Shown: one piece after another, positions 57,136 to 64,000 of the stretch | How the letters are laid out: each line of letters begins with the position of its first letter | How positions within the stretch are numbered: position 1 is the stretch's first letter | NCBI GenBank assembly: GCA_050633305.1 | Contig: JBOEGF010000040.1 | Span: forward strand, 28,540 to 92,539 | DNA length: 64,000 nt | DNA from: Nannocystales bacterium | GTDB lineage: Bacteria > Myxococcota_A > Polyangia > Nannocystales > Nannocystaceae | Reading direction: 5' to 3' | Notes under the pieces: model-generated | The model's input: the letters and a program-made list of their open reading frames with translations, nothing else | What the model was told of the DNA's origin: nothing | The model's database searches: none | Translations under genes and position numbers: made by a program

Positions 57136-59517
57136 ATGAGCTTTGAATCCACACCGGGTGTGAGCGTCCGGCCGATACGGCACCCGAAACGCGAGGAGGT
57201 AAAGCCTCATACCGAGTACATCTTCGTGTTCGACCTTTCGAAGATGACGCTGGCGACGGCCTTCGCGGATCCTCGCTTGTCCGACGACCCTATCTCGCAG
57301 TGGTCGGTCGACCAGCTGTTTCGAGTGATGCTGGAGCCGAAAGACCCCGCGGTCGTAAAAGAAATCGAAGAACTCCGTCCAATGTTCCTTCGACACCTCG
57401 TCGGGGCAATCACAGGCAATCCCCTCAACGACGAGGTCGTACCGCTCGCGGCCCGGCACGACCCCAAGAGCGGCTCCATCACCGCTTTCCGGAGCACATA
57501 TTCGACGGCGGAGGAACCCGACCGCGTCCGCAATACCGTCCTGCACGTCTCCGCCGACGCTACGCGCTATGAGTTTACGGCAGGTGTCCTGCCCGATATC
57601 CGCGACGATCTCCTCCAGCCGCGGGTTCCGTCTGGCGGATTCATCTCCTACTTGAAGGAGTTTCGGAGCCTGCGGTTGAAGCCTCTGCAGCGTCTGATCG
57701 CGAAGAACGATGCCGATGTCCGCAAGGTCCTCACCGCCATGGCCTGCGTGCAGCAGATCAACCTCGCGCTTTCGTTCGCCGAGGACTTCTCGCTCCACGA
57801 CCGGTCCAAGGTCTGGAGCGACTTCTTCGATCAAGTGAAGCCGTCGGGCATCCGCTACTTCGACATGACTCAGAAGGAGCTGGAGCAGCTGTTCTTGCAT
57901 GGGGACGACTTCGCCGACGAGACCCTCGACCACGTGCAGATCGCCAAGCTTCGCGACTTTCGAAAGAAGCAGGTCGATCCTCTCATCGATCAGCTGGGCA
58001 AAGCCGCCGCGTGGGCCCGCGCCGCCGAGACCCACGGCGTGAAGGTCTGTGCCTCCGCCAAGAAGCGCGATGCTGAGGCCAAGAGGCTGCTCAAGCTCCT
58101 TCGGATGGACGACACCATTCTCGACGCGCTCGATCAGTGGGACGACGTCGCTCCACCCGAGAGAGTTGCGTTGTCATGGCTGTTCGACGACCTGCTCGCG
58201 GCTTTTTCTCGGTGCCCGGGGGCTATGGAAAGCCTGCTCGAGTCTGAGCTGGTGGCCGTCGCGCGCGGTGCTGCTGGTGCGGCGGCGTCCATCCCCACGC
58301 TCCCGCAAGGCTCGCCACGTCAGAAGGCGATGAGTGCCGCGATCGCTGGGTTCGATCCGAAGGCCGCACTCGGCTCCGAAACCCCCACGACGCTGACGAA
58401 GGTCATCAACCGCGCGTTTGAGCGCTACGCCACGACGCGGACAATCGCCTCGCCGATCGTCTCCTTGTGGGCGCACTCCACTCCCGCGATTCTTGCCCGG
58501 TTCGACAAGCTCACCCCCGACCGCGTCAACTCGGAAGGTACGGCGTACTTGTTTCGCTCGGTGTTTGGCATGGGTCTGTTGACCACCACTGAGATGAAGG
58601 AGCTCTACTCCGACCTCGATGGGATCGTCGAGTCCGCAGCCATCAAAGGTGTCTCGCACAAGCAGACCCGAGCCCGGCTCAAGGATCTGTTCAAGAAGGA
58701 CCTCAGCCACGGGAAGTACCCGCTGCGTTCGAGGTGGTGGGGCGAGGGAAAAATCTTCAACTCCATGAAGCTGGCGGTCGGGCTCCTTGGCATTCGTCAG
58801 GGGTTCATCGCTGCGGCCGACGACAAGACCTTGTCGCCCGAGGGGTTTATCGACCTCTCTGCAGCGGTCCTTCGTGCAACCGAAGCGGCGGACGAGTTGC
58901 GTCCGCTGCTCAAGGACATCTTTGGTGCCGGAAAGTCCGCGGTGCACCACGCACCGTCGTTCCTCGACCAACTTCCCTCGGCGGGAAAGCTGGCTCGGGT
59001 CACCGCGCTGGTTTCTCTGGTGTCGAGCTACCAGGCGGTTGGCAAGACGGACGCATCGTCGCTGGCGCGAGACCATGCCCACGCGGACCTGGCGGTGGCG
59101 TGGCTTTCGTTGATGGTGGTGCTGTACGAGACCGCACTCGCGACGACGTTCCCGGTGGCCGGGCTGGCGTTGATCCTGTTGCGGTGGGTTCTCTTCGACC
59201 AGGATCTCTGGGATCTGATCGGTGGAGTGACGAGCGCGTCTCCGGCGGTGAAGGTTGTTCGTGGTATCTTGGAGACGATCGAGGACGAGGGCGGGGAGAT
59301 GGGTGCGTTTCTGCGGCTTGCGCCGAATTGGGGGGTCATTCAGTCCCGAATCGAGGACGTTCGCGATCAATCGCCCGCGACCGTTGAAACGAGCGAAGTG
59401 GCGAAGTATGGAACGTACTTTCACCTTCAGACTGGGCACGATGGGATCGTCAGAACATACGCCGCTCGTTCGTATGGCATCGCTGAAGAGGTCGCCGAGC
59501 TCATTGTCGAGGGCTAG
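57136..59517 (+). CDS. Large helical protein with C-terminal hydrophobic segments, candidate membrane-active effector
   Basis: 793 aa; DLAVAWLSLMVVLY...FPVAGLALILLRWVLF. Confidence 0.75.
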   Translation: MSFESTPGVSVRPIRHPKREEVKPHTEYIFVFDLSKMTLATAFADPRLSDDPISQWSVDQLFRVMLEPKDPAVVKEIEELRPMFLRHLVGAITGNPLNDEVVPLAARHDPKSGSITAFRSTYSTAEEPDRVRNTVLHVSADATRYEFTAGVLPDIRDDLLQPRVPSGGFISYLKEFRSLRLKPLQRLIAKNDADVRKVLTAMACVQQINLALSFAEDFSLHDRSKVWSDFFDQVKPSGIRYFDMTQKELEQLFLHGDDFADETLDHVQIAKLRDFRKKQVDPLIDQLGKAAAWARAAETHGVKVCASAKKRDAEAKRLLKLLRMDDTILDALDQWDDVAPPERVALSWLFDDLLAAFSRCPGAMESLLESELVAVARGAAGAAASIPTLPQGSPRQKAMSAAIAGFDPKAALGSETPTTLTKVINRAFERYATTRTIASPIVSLWAHSTPAILARFDKLTPDRVNSEGTAYLFRSVFGMGLLTTTEMKELYSDLDGIVESAAIKGVSHKQTRARLKDLFKKDLSHGKYPLRSRWWGEGKIFNSMKLAVGLLGIRQGFIAAADDKTLSPEGFIDLSAAVLRATEAADELRPLLKDIFGAGKSAVHHAPSFLDQLPSAGKLARVTALVSLVSSYQAVGKTDASSLARDHAHADLAVAWLSLMVVLYETALATTFPVAGLALILLRWVLFDQDLWDLIGGVTSASPAVKVVRGILETIEDEGGEMGAFLRLAPNWGVIQSRIEDVRDQSPATVETSEVAKYGTYFHLQTGHDGIVRTYAARSYGIAEEVAELIVEG

Positions 59518-59521
59518 ATTC

Positions 59522-60067
59522 ATGAGGAATGACGTCCGAATGTTGCGCAGGGCAGCGAAGATGCTTGTTCTCGCCGTCCTGATGAAGGGCTGTGGCTGGG
59601 AGGAGGAGAGAATCAAGGCGCGGGCGAACGGTGTACTTGCCGGTGTCGGGGGGTCGAAGGGGCACTTTGCCGCGGAGGCCTCGGATATCTGCGGCGAGAT
59701 GGCCACCGCGAAGACATCGGTCGTACCACCTCTCGACAAAGTGTGTTCGCAGGGCTGCAGCTGCGCTTCTGCTTCGAATGCAGATGTCGATCCGCGTACA
59801 ACATACGACTGTGACCTGTGGCGCAGCCGCGAATGGCAGCTGATCAAGTTCGCGGGGATGTACACGCTCGACGGAAAGGTCAGTTCAACGGTCTATGTTC
59901 ACCACCAAGCGAGTTGGCATCGGACGGAGCGAGGGTGCCGTCTCGACTTCACAGTGCATGGAGACCTGGACGGTGACGGCGTCTACTCGACCTATGCCAC
60001 CTGGACAGAAACAACGCCGGATGGCGCCGTGGGAGAGCGGCCGGAGAACTCCGTGCTCCTAGAGTGA
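59522..60067 (+). CDS. Lipoprotein with pilin-like C-terminal motif, candidate immunity protein
   Basis: VLMKGC lipobox-like; [16 protein letters not shown]. Confidence 0.7.
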   Translation: MRNDVRMLRRAAKMLVLAVLMKGCGWEEERIKARANGVLAGVGGSKGHFAAEASDICGEMATAKTSVVPPLDKVCSQGCSCASASNADVDPRTTYDCDLWRSREWQLIKFAGMYTLDGKVSSTVYVHHQASWHRTERGCRLDFTVHGDLDGDGVYSTYATWTETTPDGAVGERPENSVLLE

Positions 60068-60184
60068 CTCGCCGCCAAGAGGTGTCGACGAGCCGTCAAA
60101 AGTCGAGGTCGCACAGGCTACGAGACCGCGCTTGCGACCACATCAAGACTGATGGAGCCCAGATTCGGCATGGCAGGACAGCCA

Positions 60185-60258
60185 ACGACCGGTCCAGGGC
60201 GTCGCGGATGACCTGGACGGGGGGAGAGCTGGCTCCGCCGGTGATGGGCTGGTTGACG
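60185..60258 (-). pseudogene. FG-GAP/VCBS gene remnant, copy 3
   Basis: [60 protein letters not shown] is identical to 50771-50808. Confidence 0.85.
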
Positions 60259-60600
60259 CGGTCGTCGGAGCTGAGGCGACTCAGGACGTCGATGGCGGCG
60301 AGCTGGGCTTGGTCGAGCGGGGGGCCGGTCATGCTGCCGGAGATGTCGAGGACAAGCGTGACGTCTTTGCCCATGCGCTTGGTGGGAGGAGGCGGCGTCG
60401 GGCGTGGCGAGGGTGACGAGCATGCAGCCGTCTTGGCCGTTGCCGCGGTGGATCGCGGTGTCGAGGCTAGAGGCGGGTTAGCCGATGGTCCACGGAGGTC
60501 GTGCTCGGCGGGCTTGCCCTTGGGGGTTTTGGTGCGGACCGCTATGTGGTTGGGATCGATGCGGTTGATGCTTGAGGTTGTGGGCGGCGGGCTTGAGGTC
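60256..60600 (-). pseudogene. VWA (VIT-VWA-like) gene fragment fused to remnant copy 3
   Basis: [39 protein letters not shown]. Confidence 0.7.
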
Positions 60601-60754
60601 GGTGATGCCGCGTTCGTCGTCGACGGTGATCGTGGCGTTGGCGTTGGCGGCTGCGGCGGGGCCGGCGGGCGGGTAGCTTGCGAGGATGCGGACGCCGGAT
60701 CAGTCGAGGCGGCGATGGTAGTCGGCTTCGACGGCGCCGCGACCAAGATTTCGC

Positions 60755-62542
60755 ATGTTCGCCGTGGTATCGGTAGGAGTGGACGACATACCGGTCGGAG
60801 ATCTAAGCCACGTCGTGTCTCTTCTCGACGGGGGGTGGCGTCCGAGCCCGCCGCCAATCCTAAACCTCGCGGAGGCGAACCTGAATGGGCACGAGATGCC
60901 ACGGTTCGCCGATGCGGAGTTCTTCGCTGCGGGACATCGCGCCACGGTCGAGTTCACGATCCGCGACTCTTCTGCTGCCTATCGCTCACTCTTCGACGCG
61001 CAAACGTCTTCAAGCCAGTTCTCGGCAACGACAGTAGAGCGCCTACGTGTAGCCGGGTTGGGCCTGATGACGAGCTGGTCGGAACTTCGCGCGGGGTCTC
61101 GGCATCCGTCAGCTACAGTGTCTCTGCACGAGTGGACAGTCGGTGAAGTTCGAGCCGGGGCTCGTTTGATAGCTCGTTTTACCGGAGGTATTCCGTCGGG
61201 CCGAGGGAATCTTGGCATCAACTATGAAGTGACCGGCGGAGGGAGCCTCGGACATTTTACCTTCGCCGCTCCAAGGCTGCGATGCACTCTCCTGCGCGAT
61301 GGGTCCGGAGACCGGCATAGTGGAACCCTCGCAATCCAGAGCCTCGCGGGCGAGGTGCCAACTCGTGAAGAAATTAGCGACGCTGTTCTGGCGATGGAGT
61401 TCGCCATGGGGACGAGGCTCGAGATCGACTACTTCATGAGTGAACCCGTCAGCGGATCCCCACACTTCTGGATGAGCTGGTTGGGCTCGGAGCGTAAAGC
61501 TGTGTCGGCTTCTCCGTATTGTCCCGTCGAGGACGTCCCAGTAGCATTTGCGTGTGCATACGCGAAGCTGGCGGAGCCCTGCGCGGAGGGGACAACGTTT
61601 CGGCACTACGTGCTTCATGTTCGAGAGTTCCTCGGGAACCGAATTCCGTTCGATGGCCTGACGGTACTGGTCGGACTGGTGAACCGTCTGTCGTCAGAGA
61701 TTGTGGGGCGGCTGGAACCCGTCCCCTCCGGGCTAAGCGACTTGAAGTCTCGGTGCGATGTGCTCGTCGGAACCCTCGAAACTAACGGAGGTGCGGCGGA
61801 GGCGAAACTGCAACAAGTCCTCGCTTCCCCAGCCCTGATGGGAAGCTGGGTGCGCGAGGTCCTCGACCGCCACGAGATCCACCCTCCAGACAATCTCCTC
61901 GAATTGATCGAAACACCTCCTTCGGAACGAGTTGTTCCGTCTGAGGACTATGTCGGTTTGTATCTCGGGGCGCTGAATGCGTTGGCCGCACTCATACTCT
62001 CAGAATGCGGATTCTCGAACACCGTACTGGGTCCTGCTCTCCGAGGGGGTGTTGACCGTGTGTGGAGAAAGCGGCAGACTCGTCGGTCCGAGTTCTTCGA
62101 GATCAGCATCGCCGAACGAGGCGTCGTTCCAGGTTGGCCGGACTTTCGCCCAGGCCCGCTTCCGGATTCAGCGGTAGTTCAACACATGCTTGAAGAGTGT
62201 CGGAAACTTGAGGCTGCGATCGGGTCTTTCGTCGCCACGAACGTTCATCAGTTGCCAACCGGGGGCCGCGAGATTTATGTGCTTAGAGCGTTCTTGCTTG
62301 ACGCGCCGCAGACCCAGGCGGAACTGCTTCGCTATGAGTTTGAACACTCGGAAAGAGGGCACACTTTCCGTTCTCCGAACACCCCTCCATTCGAGACGAA
62401 GGACGAGGCCAGCGCAATCGCTTATTTGCGGGAGTTCGCCGGAATTGAAGCGGTCGGCCTGAAACTAAGGAACCTCACCGCTCTAGGCCAGGACTTCCGT
62501 AAGGCGGCGAGTCTTCGAGCAGCGCGGCCGAATGAGCAATGA
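60755..62542 (+). CDS. Hypothetical 595-aa protein, possibly ApeA-NTD/HEPN-like, coupled to a nuclease gene
   Basis: Long ORF in visibly lower-GC DNA; ATGA overlap with the next gene. Domain call tentative. Confidence 0.7.
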   Translation: MFAVVSVGVDDIPVGDLSHVVSLLDGGWRPSPPPILNLAEANLNGHEMPRFADAEFFAAGHRATVEFTIRDSSAAYRSLFDAQTSSSQFSATTVERLRVAGLGLMTSWSELRAGSRHPSATVSLHEWTVGEVRAGARLIARFTGGIPSGRGNLGINYEVTGGGSLGHFTFAAPRLRCTLLRDGSGDRHSGTLAIQSLAGEVPTREEISDAVLAMEFAMGTRLEIDYFMSEPVSGSPHFWMSWLGSERKAVSASPYCPVEDVPVAFACAYAKLAEPCAEGTTFRHYVLHVREFLGNRIPFDGLTVLVGLVNRLSSEIVGRLEPVPSGLSDLKSRCDVLVGTLETNGGAAEAKLQQVLASPALMGSWVREVLDRHEIHPPDNLLELIETPPSERVVPSEDYVGLYLGALNALAALILSECGFSNTVLGPALRGGVDRVWRKRQTRRSEFFEISIAERGVVPGWPDFRPGPLPDSAVVQHMLEECRKLEAAIGSFVATNVHQLPTGGREIYVLRAFLLDAPQTQAELLRYEFEHSERGHTFRSPNTPPFETKDEASAIAYLREFAGIEAVGLKLRNLTALGQDFRKAASLRAARPNEQ

Positions 62543-63390
62543 CCGCAATACTGCAATGGAACATGGGTTGCGGGACACGTGCTCAAGACGCTCCGTGCGA
62601 CGCGACCATGACGCAGCGAGTTCAACTCCTAAACCAAATGCTCAAGATCAGGGCCCCGTCAGTGATAGCTCTGCAGGAGGCCCCCGACGCACTCGAATCA
62701 GGAACACCCTTGCTACGCGACTACGCCATCCGGCGATCTCGCCGCAACATGGTCACAGCCTTCAGGACTTCCGATTGGACACCTTCGGCTGCGGTCTACA
62801 ACGAAGACGTGAGCAGGTATGCCACCTGGTCGACGGCTACATTCGACGCAACTGGCGACACGCTGGACTTTGTGAACGTTCACCTGCCGTCGCGAGCGAA
62901 GGAGGATAACCCGGAGTCTACACTCCGAGGCATACTTCGCGGCGTGTCGGAGTCGCGGTATAGCTTCACAGACGCCGTCCGGACGATCTGGGTTGGCGAC
63001 TTTAACATGGACCCGTGGGCTGAGGAGTTCGTTTCTCCGGAATACCTCTGTGCGGGAAGGTGTCCCGACACTTCCGCCAGACTCGCCAAAGGACCTCACG
63101 AGAGCCCTTCACCGATGTTCAGCCCGAGCTGGTCGCTGGTAGGTTCCCATGGGAAACCAAGGGGGACTTACTACTATGAAGCTGCATTGAAGGAACGCAG
63201 GTTCAGCGGTGAGCCGTGGCACGTTTTCGATCTGATTGCACTACCGATTCACTACGCGACTTCAGACTGCCACTCTGAGATAATCTCGTCAGTCGGCACG
63301 TGTGCACTATCGACTGGCTCTGCCCCCCATGTCCCGGAAGCCACGATCGGGTCTGATCACTTCCCGGTCATTACGTTCTTGTCGTTGTAG
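62539..63390 (+). CDS. Endonuclease/exonuclease/phosphatase (EEP) family protein
   Basis: LQWN, IALQE, NVHLPS, GDFNMDP, GTYYY, FDLI, GSDHFPV. Confidence 0.92.
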   Translation: MTAILQWNMGCGTRAQDAPCDATMTQRVQLLNQMLKIRAPSVIALQEAPDALESGTPLLRDYAIRRSRRNMVTAFRTSDWTPSAAVYNEDVSRYATWSTATFDATGDTLDFVNVHLPSRAKEDNPESTLRGILRGVSESRYSFTDAVRTIWVGDFNMDPWAEEFVSPEYLCAGRCPDTSARLAKGPHESPSPMFSPSWSLVGSHGKPRGTYYYEAALKERRFSGEPWHVFDLIALPIHYATSDCHSEIISSVGTCALSTGSAPHVPEATIGSDHFPVITFLSL

Positions 63391-64000
63391 AAAGATCGGT
63401 CCGGTTCGAGACGCGATCAAAGGTGCGGGACGACGGGTAGACGACCCACCGGGCGATATCCAGTAAAGCATCGAGCACGACTTCGGCCGAGACCTCCCGC
63501 CCGGTTTTTCCCTTGCTCCTCGGCACGGTTTTCGAGAGCAACACGCACTACACCTCGTGGTCCTCGTTCTCGGCTTTCGAGTCTTAGTTGCCTGGTAGCC
63601 TGCGACCCGGCCGTGGTCAAGTGCTCCGGTCCGCCTGTCCAATTGTCCGCAGCTCCAGTCAAGCTGCGGAAGAGCACGGAGAGTTCTCTAGCCACACGCG
63701 CCCGCGCCTCAGGCAAGGCCCCCGGAGATCCGGTAACGTCGTGCCGTCTCCACGTCTCCACGGTGGAGCCAGGGAGCAGAACTTCGATGGACACCCACGG
63801 AGCGATCAGAGCGAGTTGAGAGGCTCAGCCGTTTGCGAGCGCAGGTCGGGAACATGGTCGTCGATCGGTTACTTCGTGCCCATGGATTCGATGGACAGCT
63901 GCCAACGTCGCCGGGCCTCCTGCAGGCGATAGAAGACGTGGAGAATTGGGCCCCGAGCCGCTCCGTTCCGGTCCTGTTTGCGTATTCCGGAGCACTTGGG

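Noticed and set aside
1..64000. CRISPR array, rRNA or tRNA genes
   Set aside because: No regularly spaced repeat-spacer series or recognisable structural RNA gene seen by eye; a covariance search was not possible.
63417..64000. Minus-strand ORF fragments at the window end
   Set aside because: Interrupted by stops and no recognisable family.

Overview
GC-rich bacterial DNA whose gene families (Cys-rich lipoproteins with Ser/Thr/Gly linkers, an ECF sigma factor next to a Ser/Thr kinase-TPR gene, VWA lipoproteins) suggest a myxobacterium, probably Nannocystaceae-like; this is an inference. The window is an accessory, plastic region with no rRNA, tRNA or CRISPR array recognised. It holds an S8 peptidase, a decayed IS3 element, a RAYT transposase with flanking repeats, a tandem array of Cys-rich lipoproteins, a lipoprotein isoamylase and several regulators and transporters. 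Three orphan gene triads look like secretion-system effector/immunity modules (OTU-like protease, HExxH metalloprotease, OmpA/PG-binding-linked), alongside a candidate EEP-nuclease defence pair and many gene fragments. The strongest novelty candidate is a tight three-gene operon at 22651-25442: two different, highly diverged Ku-like proteins followed by a minimal ATP-dependent DNA ligase with a WGR-like C-terminus. All homology calls are by-eye motif recognition, not database results.
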